Source of the DNA: an uncultured Gemmatimonadales bacterium
GTDB lineage: Bacteria > Gemmatimonadota > Gemmatimonadetes > Longimicrobiales > RSA9
Assembly (NCBI GenBank): GCA_963708135.1
Contig: OY970192.1
Span: 3,776,001-3,840,000 of the forward strand
DNA length: 64,000 nucleotides
Reading direction: 5' to 3'
In this document: in pieces, positions 48,657 to 57,754 of the stretch
How positions within the stretch are numbered: position 1 is the stretch's first letter
How the letters are laid out: the number at the start of each line of letters is the position of its first letter
Notes under the pieces: generated by a model
Seen by the model: the letters and a program-made list of their open reading frames with translations, nothing else
Told to the model about the DNA's origin: nothing
Databases searched by the model: none
Program-made: the position numbers and the translations under genes

Positions 48657-49040
48657 TCACCAGATCTGAACGCTCGACATGGACAGAGTCGGCTGCACGA
48701 ACAGTTGAATCCTCATGCCGGGCTGGAACAGGAAGGCCGGAAAGGTGAACGCACCGTCGGCTCCCACCACCTCGGCCTGGAACTGAAGCTCCGGCCGGGC
48801 CAGCAGCTGCCGGGGAATGCGCAGGTCGCGCGTCTTCAGAGCGGGCACGGTTCCAACCAGGATCCGCGTGCCACCCAGAATCGCCCACACGTCCACCGGG
48901 GCATTGTGATTGTTCTGAACGATGACTGTCGGCTGATCCGAAGGTGCCGGCTGGGCGCCTTCGTCGTTCGCCGTTGCACCTGCGCATGCGGCAAGAAGCA
49001 GCACCAGGCTCGCCCCCGAGTAACTCCGTATCTTCGACAT
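48657..49040 (-). CDS. Small hypothetical lipoprotein
   Basis: RBS AGGAG/GGGAG; lipobox LAAC; beta-rich IVQNN..VDVWAI..RILVGTVPAL. Confidence 0.65.
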   Translation of the reverse strand: MSKIRSYSGASLVLLLAACAGATANDEGAQPAPSDQPTVIVQNNHNAPVDVWAILGGTRILVGTVPALKTRDLRIPRQLLARPELQFQAEVVGADGAFTFPAFLFQPGMRIQLFVQPTLSMSSVQIW

Positions 49041-49400
49041 CTCCCCGCTCCTCCTGCGCTGCAGTGGGCAGGGCCCTGCGAACGGGCGAACCGCGCACCG
49101 CGTAAAGCCTTGCGAAGTCGGTGCAGAAGTCGTTCCAGTCGCGACGGCGAGGGCCCCACCACCGCGGGCGCAGGCTGAGCTCACGGTTCTCTAAGACCGT
49201 CGGGGTGCAGGCCGACTCCCTATTCCCGATCCCACACGGGCCCCGCCCCCCTGCCATCTTCGGTGCCACACCACCGCGCGCTACCACCTCCCACTGGTGG
49301 CGCTCGTGCCACGCAGGTTTCTGGCAGGCAAGACGGTTGCCCTGGATTCACAAAGCGGCCTATATAGGGGCGCAAATCGCTCTACCGAACGAGGCCCCCC

Positions 49401-50774
49401 ATGCAGCCCCCCGTGATCGTCGTGCCCGGCATCACCGCGTCCGTCCTGCGCGACCTCTACCCTTCGGAGCCCGAGGCCGTCTGGACCATCGTGAAGAAGC
49501 AGTACGACCGCGTCGCGCTGCACCCGGACGACCTGCGCTACGAGCGGGGCGAGCCGGCCAGGGTGGTGCCGGAGCGCGTCTTCGGCGTGCCGTACGATGG
49601 GTTGATCGACGAGCTGCGCCACAACCTGGCGGACCACGAGGACCAGCCGGTGCCCGTGTTCGCCTTCCCGTACGACTGGCGCATGCCACTCCAGCCCGTG
49701 CAGGAGCAGCTCGCGGCGTTCATCGGAGAAGTGATCGGGCGCACGTCGCTGCTCCGGCACTACCACGCGGCCGGGTACGCGGACGACCCGAAGGTCAACC
49801 TCGTCGGGCACTCGATGGGAGGCTTGATCATCACGGGCCACCTCGCCGCCACCGGAGATAGGCGGGTGCGCCGCGTGGCGACGCTGGCCGCGCCGTTCCG
49901 CGGCTCGTTCGAGGCCGTGATCAAGGTGGCGACCGGCACCGCGGAGCTCGGCATGGGGAAATCCGCCTCGCGCGAGCGCGAGGTGGCGCGGCTCACGCCG
50001 TCGCTCTACCACCTCGTGCCTTCGTACGGGGATGCCGTGATCGCGGAGAAACCGGAGTGGCGAGATCTCTACGACCCGGACGCCTGGCAGCCGAGCGTGG
50101 CGCAGACGATCGCCGAGTACATCCGGCTCTACGGCCTCGATCCCGCGCGCGCACGCTCGGGCCGGGAGGCCCAGGCGCGCGAGATCCTGGCGACGCTGCT
50201 CGAGCAGGCGCAGGGGCACCGCCGCGCCGTCGAGGACTTCACGCTCTCCAGGACCGGCCTCACGGATGACGACTGGCTGTGCATCGTGGGTGTGGGCGAG
50301 GAGACGCGCACGAAGCTGCGTATCGTGGACGATGGCCGGGGCAATCCGTTCTTCGACCTGTCGTCCGCCCAGCGCGTGAACGGCTATCCCCATCCGAAGA
50401 CCGTGGCCGGCCAGGTGGTCGAGCAGCTCTGGGACACGGGCGATGGCACCGTCCCCTACTTCGGCGCGCGTGCCTCGTTCATCCCGCTCAGCAAGGTCGT
50501 GGCGCTGTGCGACGGCGACTTCGGCTACTGGGAGCTGCGCGACCGCTTCCTCGAGGGAGTGGCCGGGCTGCACGGGCTGCTCCCCGCCATGTCCGTGGCG
50601 CAGAAGCTGGTGGTCGCGCACCTGCGCGGCAAGGCTGGCGAGCCGGGACGCGCGGGCCCGGGCCTGTGGGGCCGCCGCGCGCCCGACCTGGCGATCAACG
50701 TCGAATGGGAGCCGCCGATCCGCGGCCTGCGCGAGAAGCCGCCCGCGCCGGCCGTGGGCCTGCCTGTCGCGTGA
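49401..50774 (+). CDS. Lipase/acyltransferase (LCAT/PGAP1-like alpha/beta hydrolase)
   Basis: VIVVPGITAS, FPYDWR, VGHSMGG nucleophile elbow, LAAPFRGS, GDGTVP, distal His. Confidence 0.85.
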   Translation: MQPPVIVVPGITASVLRDLYPSEPEAVWTIVKKQYDRVALHPDDLRYERGEPARVVPERVFGVPYDGLIDELRHNLADHEDQPVPVFAFPYDWRMPLQPVQEQLAAFIGEVIGRTSLLRHYHAAGYADDPKVNLVGHSMGGLIITGHLAATGDRRVRRVATLAAPFRGSFEAVIKVATGTAELGMGKSASREREVARLTPSLYHLVPSYGDAVIAEKPEWRDLYDPDAWQPSVAQTIAEYIRLYGLDPARARSGREAQAREILATLLEQAQGHRRAVEDFTLSRTGLTDDDWLCIVGVGEETRTKLRIVDDGRGNPFFDLSSAQRVNGYPHPKTVAGQVVEQLWDTGDGTVPYFGARASFIPLSKVVALCDGDFGYWELRDRFLEGVAGLHGLLPAMSVAQKLVVAHLRGKAGEPGRAGPGLWGRRAPDLAINVEWEPPIRGLREKPPAPAVGLPVA

Positions 50775-50870
50775 AATCAAGCATCGCGCCGCAGGCGCCG
50801 CGTGCGCGGCCGCAGCCGGCGCATTACACTGTCCGGGTCAACCCGCTTTCCCGACCTCAGGACCTGATCG

Positions 50871-52640
50871 ATGACGACGCGACCCTCGACGCTCGCCGGC
50901 GTCACGCTTGCCGTGGTGCTCGCCGCCGTTTCCGCGCTGCGGACGGCGCCGCTCCGCGCGCAGACGTTCCCCACGAAGGACGCCACGCTGCGGCGCATCT
51001 ACGCCATCGGTATGGACAGCTCACGCCTCCCCACGGAGGCCCACGTGCTGTTCGACTCGCTCGGCCCGCGGCTCATGGGCAGCCCGGACCTCAAGCGGGC
51101 GCAGGACTGGCTGCTCAGAGAGTACGCGAGCTGGGGCATCGATGCGCGCGAGGAGCGCTACGGCACGTGGCGCGGCTGGGTGCGCGGGCCCTCGCACATC
51201 GACCTGGTGGCGCCGCGCAACCGCACGCTCCAGGGGCAGATGGTGGGCTACAGCCCCGGCACGGGCGGCGAGCCCGTCACGCTCGAGACCGTCATCCTGC
51301 CCGTGTTCCACGACAGCACCGAGTTCGTGCGCTGGCTGCCGCAGGCAAAGGGGAAGCTGGTGCTGATCTCCGCGGGCCTCCCCACCTGCCGGCCGCAGGA
51401 CGACTGGGCGATGAACGCCACGCCGGAGTCCAAGGCGCGCATGGACACCCTCATGGTCGAGACCGGGAAGGACTGGAGCGTCGTCCGTCCGGGGCCCGGC
51501 GTGGACGGCGCGAGCGCGGGGCTGCACGGCACCGGCTACTACCCCGCCCTGGGCGGCGGCGACCTGGGCGTTCGGCTCGAGGCGGGCGGGGCCGCCGGCA
51601 TCATCAGCTCGCGCCCCAAGCTGTCGTGGCGGATGGGCGGCGGGCGCACGCCGGAGCAGGTCGCGGCCGCCGAGCTCGAGGGCCGCGGCGACCCCTTCGG
51701 CGGCTTCGCGGGCGCCCTCAACACCGGCTGGGGCGCCATGGAGGTCTTCGAGACGTACAACACGAAGACGCCGGCCATTGCGCTGGACTGCGAGGACTAC
51801 GGCCTCGTCTACCGCCTCACGAAGGACGGCGACCACCCGAAGATCCGGCTGAACCTCGAGGGCAAGCTGCTCGGCGAGCAGCCCGTCTACAACGTCATCG
51901 CCACGATTCCCGGAACGGAGAAGCCCGACGAGTACGTGATGCTCTCGGCGCACTTCGACTCGTGGGACGGCTCGTCGGGCGCCACGGACAACGGCACCGG
52001 CACGCTGACGATGATGGAGGCGATGCGGATCCTGAAGCAGGTCTACCCGCACCCCAGGCGCACCATCCTGGTCGGCCACTGGAGCGGCGAGGAGGAAGGC
52101 GAGGTCGGCTCGAAGGCGTTCACGGAGGATCACCCCGAGGTGCTGAAGGGGCTCCAGGCGCTCTTCAACCAGGACAACGGCACCGGCCGCATCGTGCGCA
52201 TCGGCGGCGCCGGCCTCGTGCACGCGCCGGAGCACGTGAACGCCTGGCTGGCCGAGATCCCCGTCGAGTGGCGGCAGCGCATCGACGGCGGCGCGCCGGT
52301 CGAGCCGGGCCGCCCCGCCGGCGGCGGCAGCGACGACTTCTCGTTCGGCTGCCACGGCCTCCCCGCGTTCGGCCTCGGCGCGCTGTCGTGGGACTACGGC
52401 AACGTGACCTGGCACACCGAGCGCGACACGTACGACAAGGTCGTCTTCGACGACCTGCGCTACAATGCGACGCTCACCGCCATGCTCGCCTACCTGGCCT
52501 CCGAGGACCCCGGCCGGATTCCGCTCGACCGCGTGGACCTGGCGAGCCTGCCGCCCTCCCGTTACGCCCGCCGTGGAAGCCAGGCGAGCTGGCCGGAGTG
52601 CGAGAAGGCGCCGCGATCGACCAATCCGCGCCTGCACTAA
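50871..52640 (+). CDS. M28 peptidase (carboxypeptidase Q-like), secreted
   Basis: DSLGPRLMGS, NVIATIPG, SAHFDSWD..GATDNGTG, WSGEEEG, GGSDD.SF, WHT..DTYD. Confidence 0.9.
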   Translation: MTTRPSTLAGVTLAVVLAAVSALRTAPLRAQTFPTKDATLRRIYAIGMDSSRLPTEAHVLFDSLGPRLMGSPDLKRAQDWLLREYASWGIDAREERYGTWRGWVRGPSHIDLVAPRNRTLQGQMVGYSPGTGGEPVTLETVILPVFHDSTEFVRWLPQAKGKLVLISAGLPTCRPQDDWAMNATPESKARMDTLMVETGKDWSVVRPGPGVDGASAGLHGTGYYPALGGGDLGVRLEAGGAAGIISSRPKLSWRMGGGRTPEQVAAAELEGRGDPFGGFAGALNTGWGAMEVFETYNTKTPAIALDCEDYGLVYRLTKDGDHPKIRLNLEGKLLGEQPVYNVIATIPGTEKPDEYVMLSAHFDSWDGSSGATDNGTGTLTMMEAMRILKQVYPHPRRTILVGHWSGEEEGEVGSKAFTEDHPEVLKGLQALFNQDNGTGRIVRIGGAGLVHAPEHVNAWLAEIPVEWRQRIDGGAPVEPGRPAGGGSDDFSFGCHGLPAFGLGALSWDYGNVTWHTERDTYDKVVFDDLRYNATLTAMLAYLASEDPGRIPLDRVDLASLPPSRYARRGSQASWPECEKAPRSTNPRLH

Positions 52641-52648
52641 CGCGCGCC

Positions 52649-53923
52649 ATGCCGTCTGCTGAATCCCTGGTCCCCGAGGAAGCGCTCCCGCCGACACCGG
52701 ACAATGTGGCCGCCTCGGCGGCCGTCGCGCGTCATCCCTGGGTGTGGGCGGTGTTGTACTTCCCCTTCGGACTCTCGTTCGGTTTTCCCTCGATCGCCCT
52801 CGGCTATCTGGCGGTGAAAGCGGGCATCTCGGTGTCGGCAATTGCCGGAGTGGTCGGGATGACACTGCTCGCGTCGGGGTGGAAGTTCGTGTGGGCGCCG
52901 ATCGGCGACTATACGCTCTCGCGCAAGCGGTGGTACCTGATTGCGATCGCGACCGTGTCGATCGGATTCCTCGCGATCACGCTCGTTCCGCTCTCCCCGG
53001 AAGCGATGCCGCTGCTGTCACTGCTGGTGCTGATGTCGAGCGTGGCGGCGACGTTCGTGGCGTTCGCCACCGAGGGGTTGATGGTGCACAACACTCCGAT
53101 CGACGCGCGCGGTCGCGCGGCCGGATGGTTCCAGTCGGGGAACCATCTGGGTCAGACGGCGGGGGGCGGGCTGGGCCTCTGGTTCATGCGACACGCGCCG
53201 CAGCCGTGGATGGCGGGTGCCGGTCTCGCAATGGTGTTGTTCGTGTGCGCGCTGCCGCTCGTGCTGGTGCGCGAGCCGCCCCGTGCGCTGCGCGGCGCGT
53301 CGGTGCGCGCGCGCGTGGGCGACGCCTGGCGCGAGCTGGTGGGCGTCGTCCGGTCTCGCGTGGGGCGCATAGGGTTGATCCTCGCCGTGCTCCCCATCGG
53401 CACCGGTGCAGCCAAGGATCTGTTCGGCTCGCTCGGCCCCGAATGGAGCGTGCCGGCCGACACCGTGTCGCTGGTGCTCGGCGCGGGCGGGGGGATCGCG
53501 ATCGTGCTGGGCTGCTTCGCCGGTGGACGGTTGGCAGATCGCATCAACAAGCCGTGGGCGTACGCGCTCTCGTGCACGCTGGGGCTGGTCGCCTGTGCGG
53601 TGATGGCGTGGTCGCCGCGGTCGGTCACGGGATACACGGTCTCGACGCTCTTCTATACGTTCACGCTGGGCATGGTCGCGGGGTCGTTCACCGGGCTGGT
53701 GCTGGCGATCGTCGGGCACACGGCGGCGGCCACCAAGATCAACCTGTTCTTCGCGCTCAACACGCTGTTCACCCTCGGCATGCTGCGCGCCGACGGATGG
53801 GCGCACGACGCGTGGCGCACCAACGGGATGCTCTACACCGAAGCGCTGGTTGGCGCGGCTGCGGTGGTCCTGTTCGCGTGGCTGGCGGGCAAGGTGCGGG
53901 GGACGGAATTGCCCGCCGCGTAG
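52649..53923 (+). CDS. MFS transporter (AmpG-like)
   Basis: LYFPFG, WKFVWAPIGD..LSRKRWY, about 12 TM helices, GGRLADR. Confidence 0.8.
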   Translation: MPSAESLVPEEALPPTPDNVAASAAVARHPWVWAVLYFPFGLSFGFPSIALGYLAVKAGISVSAIAGVVGMTLLASGWKFVWAPIGDYTLSRKRWYLIAIATVSIGFLAITLVPLSPEAMPLLSLLVLMSSVAATFVAFATEGLMVHNTPIDARGRAAGWFQSGNHLGQTAGGGLGLWFMRHAPQPWMAGAGLAMVLFVCALPLVLVREPPRALRGASVRARVGDAWRELVGVVRSRVGRIGLILAVLPIGTGAAKDLFGSLGPEWSVPADTVSLVLGAGGGIAIVLGCFAGGRLADRINKPWAYALSCTLGLVACAVMAWSPRSVTGYTVSTLFYTFTLGMVAGSFTGLVLAIVGHTAAATKINLFFALNTLFTLGMLRADGWAHDAWRTNGMLYTEALVGAAAVVLFAWLAGKVRGTELPAA

Positions 53924-53967
53924 CCGTTCAATGGGTCAACGCAGGACGCTGCGGTTCGGCGCGGAAG

Positions 53968-56046
53968 TCAGGGCGCGCGAAGGCCGAGCTCCGTGAGCTT
54001 CTTCCCGTAGCGTGGATCGGACGCGATCGGGTCGAAAGGCGGGCCGGAGACGAACAGATCGACCTGATCGGACGACCACTCGGCGCCGCGAAGCAGCCGA
54101 AAGACCTCATCGGCCTCACCCGAAGCGGCGAGCACCATTCCCGCGTAGAAGGCTCCCCCGGAGGCCTTCGCCAGCTTTCGGGCGATGGCGCGAGCACGGC
54201 CCGTCGCGCCCGACCTCACCTGCAGGAGACCCAGGGCGCCGAGCCCGCGTACGTCGTCCGGCCAGCGGGCCACCCCCTCTTGGCCGATCTCGAGAGCCGT
54301 GATCGGGTCTCCGGCTTCGGCCCGCGAGATCGCCTCCAGATAGGTAGCCGTCGCGGAATCGCCCAGCGCGCGGCTTCGCCTGGCGGCCTCCAGCGCGGCG
54401 CCGAAGTCCCGGGCCAGGTAGAGGAGGAAGCCCCGACCCATGTGCGCGAAAGGGGATAGCGGCTCGAGCTCCACGAGCTTCTCGGCTTCCTCCAGGGCCG
54501 CGTCCCGTCGTCCCGTGCGCATCAACAGGTCGGCGAGCCAGTGCCGCGCCGGCGCGTGGCTGGGGCGGGAAGTCAGCGCCCGGCGGAGCTCCCGCTCGGC
54601 CTCCTTCCACCGGTGGTCGTGAACGTACACCCGCGCGAGGGAGCTGCGGGCCTCCGCCAGGGTGGGGTCGAGCTCCAGCGCCCGGGCCGCCGCCTCCCGA
54701 GCTCCGGCGAAGCTCTCGGCGCGGTCGGCGCCCGCGAAGAGGGGGAGGAGGATCGAGGTGTCGGCGAGGCCGGACCAGGCCAGGGCGTTCCCGGGATCTC
54801 GCGCGACGGATTCCTGGAACAGGGCGCGCGCCCGGTGCAGCGAGCCTTGGGTCCGCAGGCGCCACGCGTGGCGTCCCTCCAGGTAGAGGCGGTACGCCTC
54901 CGGGTCCGCCGTGGGCCGCCGGATCCGGCGGACGTCCCCGTCCGGGTCCACCTTGCCCCGCAGCTCCCGCGCGATGTGCCGGGCGATCTCCTCCTGGACC
55001 TCGAAGATATCCGTGGGAGCGTACGGCAGGTCGTAGCTCTCCGCCCACATGGTGGTGCCGTCTCCGGCCCTCACCAGGCGGGCGGCCACCCGGATGCGCC
55101 CCGAGGCGCGCTGCACGGAGCCCTCGACGATCGCGTCAACGCCGAGGAGTTCGGCAATGTCTGCACCTGCTCGCGCCGCCCGAGCCGCCGAGCTCCCGCC
55201 CACCACCCGCAGGTAGTCGATCCCGGCCAGGGCGCCCAGGATCTCTTCGGCCAGGGCTCGGCCGATTCCGTCCTCCGAGGCAGCGGGGGGCGCCTCGCGG
55301 AACGGAAGCACCGCAACCGATCGCGCGGGCTCCGGCTCCGCCCGGATCTCACGAACCAGCTCGCGGATCGGGAGCGAGGGGTCGAGACCCAGCTCGCCGT
55401 CGAGGTGATCGGCCAGGTCTCGGTAGACCCTGAGGGCCCCGGCCCGGTCCCCCGTCTGCCGGAGGAGCCGCATGAGGCGCCGGGCCACGTCCTGGTCGGC
55501 GGGAGCCAGCTCCCGCAGCCTGCGTAGCCAGCGCTCGGCCTCCCGGTGGTCCCCGGCCTCCTCCGCCCGCCGGGCCAGCTCCACGGCCGCCCGGATGGCC
55601 CGGTCCCTCAGGCAGGCCTGCCGCTGGGCGACCCAGTGCTCGAACGGAGCGGCCCCGGACACGTGGAACCCATCCAGGAAATCCCCTCCGTAGAGCTCGA
55701 GAGCGGCCTCGGAGCGACCCAGGGACAGGCATTCCTCGAAGGCGGCGACGTCGCACCACACCCGTTCGCCGGACAGGCTCACGCTCCCCTTCCCGTGGCT
55801 CACCAGCGCCCCGGACCCGAGGCCGCTTCGAATCCCGTAGAGCGCCTGGTTCAGGGCGCCCCGTGCGCGCTCCTGGTTGAGCTCCGGCCACAGCAAAGCG
55901 AGAAGCGTGTCGCGCTGGTGGACCCGGACGGGGTGGGCGGCGAGATAGGCCAGGACCGCCAGCTGCTTCGGCTGGAGTTCGATGGGCCGCTCGGCGTCCT
56001 TCCGGGGCCGGAGGTCCAGGTGGCCGAGGGTCAGAAGTCGAATCAT
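53968..56046 (-). CDS. SARP-family (wHTH-BTAD) regulator with TolB_N-like and TPR domains
   Basis: IRLLTLG..QPKQLAVLAYLA..RDTLLALLWPE..CDVAAFE..LYGGDFLDGF; SVAVLPF..GSVQR..WAESYD; AYRLYLEGR plus TPRs. Confidence 0.88.
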   Translation of the reverse strand: MIRLLTLGHLDLRPRKDAERPIELQPKQLAVLAYLAAHPVRVHQRDTLLALLWPELNQERARGALNQALYGIRSGLGSGALVSHGKGSVSLSGERVWCDVAAFEECLSLGRSEAALELYGGDFLDGFHVSGAAPFEHWVAQRQACLRDRAIRAAVELARRAEEAGDHREAERWLRRLRELAPADQDVARRLMRLLRQTGDRAGALRVYRDLADHLDGELGLDPSLPIRELVREIRAEPEPARSVAVLPFREAPPAASEDGIGRALAEEILGALAGIDYLRVVGGSSAARAARAGADIAELLGVDAIVEGSVQRASGRIRVAARLVRAGDGTTMWAESYDLPYAPTDIFEVQEEIARHIARELRGKVDPDGDVRRIRRPTADPEAYRLYLEGRHAWRLRTQGSLHRARALFQESVARDPGNALAWSGLADTSILLPLFAGADRAESFAGAREAAARALELDPTLAEARSSLARVYVHDHRWKEAERELRRALTSRPSHAPARHWLADLLMRTGRRDAALEEAEKLVELEPLSPFAHMGRGFLLYLARDFGAALEAARRSRALGDSATATYLEAISRAEAGDPITALEIGQEGVARWPDDVRGLGALGLLQVRSGATGRARAIARKLAKASGGAFYAGMVLAASGEADEVFRLLRGAEWSSDQVDLFVSGPPFDPIASDPRYGKKLTELGLRAP

Positions 56047-56204
56047 CGAGCTCCACGAAGCGCCGTCGTGCGCTCGGCGGCGGTGCGCTGGCCGGTGAGG
56101 ATACGCTGAGAATTCAATGGCTCCGCCACGTTAACTTAGTTCCAAGCGTCCGGCGAACCAAGAAAGCGAACGATCTTCAAGGAACCCGTGTTCGGAGGTC
56201 AACC

Positions 56205-57332
56205 ATGCTGCCCTGGCAAGCGGTACCCGTCCTGGCTCTCTTGTCCGTGCTACCCGGGGGGTGCAGGAGCGCGCCGAGCACCGCTCCGGGACCCGAGCTG
56301 TCCGAGACACCGGAGGTATGCCGAGCCGTGTTCGACCGGCAAGAGAGGGCGTCGGAGGTGGTCCTGACGCTGGACGCCGCGCGGCGGGAGTTTCCCGAGG
56401 GGATCGCCGTGGACCACCTGGACAACGTGTACCTTGGTCTACGGTTCCGGGGAGAGGTCCTGCGCTTCCGCCCGGGGGGCGCACCTGAAGTGGTCACACG
56501 GTTCGCGGCCGCGGACGCCAATGGGAATCCTCTCCTGGACCAGGGCCTGCTCGGACTGGCGACGGACGAACGCGGAAACGTGTACGCCGCGGTGGCTTCC
56601 TTCGATCCCGGCACGGGCGGACTGGCCTCGACGCACGGGGTGTGGCGCATCTCGCCGGAGGGCGAGCGCGCACGGATTCCCGGCACGCAGGCCATCTTCT
56701 ATCCCAACGCCCTCGCCTTCGACCGCCGCGGCAATCTCTTCGTCAGCTCCTCCACCGGACCGCCCACGACGCCGAGCACCTTCGCGGAGGGCGGCATCTG
56801 GCGGGTGCCTCGCGCGGGCTCCGCCGAGCTCTGGCTCCGCGATCCGGAGCTGACCGGAACGGGCGACGTGGCGCCGGGACCCCTGCCCGTCGGGGCCAAC
56901 GGCATCGCCCATCACGCGGGCTCGCTCTTCGTGGCCAACAGCGAGAAGCGCCAGGTGGTGGAGGTGCCCATACGGCCGGACGGAAGCCCGGGTCCGACTC
57001 GCGTCGTCGTGCGCTTTCCCGGTCCCACAACGGCCAACCCGTTCGCGGGGGTCCTGGACGGCCTGGCCGTGGATGCCTGCGGCGACCTGTATCCGGTGAT
57101 CATCGGCGAGAGCCGGGTGGTGCGAGTATCGCCCGACGGCGAGGAAGTCGAGACGATCGCCGGCCCCGCGGACGGCCTCCAGACTCCTACGAGCGTGGCC
57201 TTCGGCGGGAGAGAGGACGGCAGGAGCGCGTTCATCGCCGAGTTCGCGGCTCTCGCGCCCCTGCTGGGTCAGGCGCCCGAGCCCAAGGTCGTGAAAGTCG
57301 AGGTCGGCGTGCCGGGCCCGGACGCGCGCTGA
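56205..57332 (+). CDS. SMP-30/gluconolactonase-like beta-propeller lipoprotein
   Basis: RBS GGAGG; lipobox-like PGGC; FPEGIA, YPNALAFD, GANGIA, DGLAVD, TPTSVAFG. Confidence 0.8.
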   Translation: MLPWQAVPVLALLSVLPGGCRSAPSTAPGPELSETPEVCRAVFDRQERASEVVLTLDAARREFPEGIAVDHLDNVYLGLRFRGEVLRFRPGGAPEVVTRFAAADANGNPLLDQGLLGLATDERGNVYAAVASFDPGTGGLASTHGVWRISPEGERARIPGTQAIFYPNALAFDRRGNLFVSSSTGPPTTPSTFAEGGIWRVPRAGSAELWLRDPELTGTGDVAPGPLPVGANGIAHHAGSLFVANSEKRQVVEVPIRPDGSPGPTRVVVRFPGPTTANPFAGVLDGLAVDACGDLYPVIIGESRVVRVSPDGEEVETIAGPADGLQTPTSVAFGGREDGRSAFIAEFAALAPLLGQAPEPKVVKVEVGVPGPDAR

Positions 57333-57754
57333 GCGTGGCTCGCAGCTCAGCTGGGGACCGAGCGCTCGCCGCGCGGCGGCGTCGGCCGGCCCCCCTGAGC
57401 TGCGCCCGGTGACGGCTGGGGGCCGCCCGGCCCCCGGACCCAGGCCCGGACCGGAGCGCCGAATCCACCGGATCGACCTCGAATCCACCGGCCCGACCGC
57501 TCCCCTCGCCCCCGGCTCCGCTCTCTGGGCCGCTCACCTCGCTCTTGACCCACCGGCCCCACCCGACCCATCGTCCCGACCGTAGCCGAAACGGCCGTGG
57601 ATTCTGGTGGGCCTTCGTGCTGACCGGGTTGGCGACGGATCCTCCGTTGTCTCTTCGTCAACTGGGCGCGATTTGGTTCCGGGAGCCTGCTCCACGGCCG
57701 CACGGCCATCCGCAGGATTCAGCGCCGCTCCTGGTGAGTAAGCCTTGAGGCTGG

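Noticed and set aside
50279..53923. 1214-aa ORF
   Set aside because: Only the part from ATG 52649 (MFS) is protein-like; the rest is a stop-free shadow frame over the lipase and M28 genes.
57545..57748. 67-aa ORF before the kinase
   Set aside because: No recognisable motif or RBS; cannot be supported.
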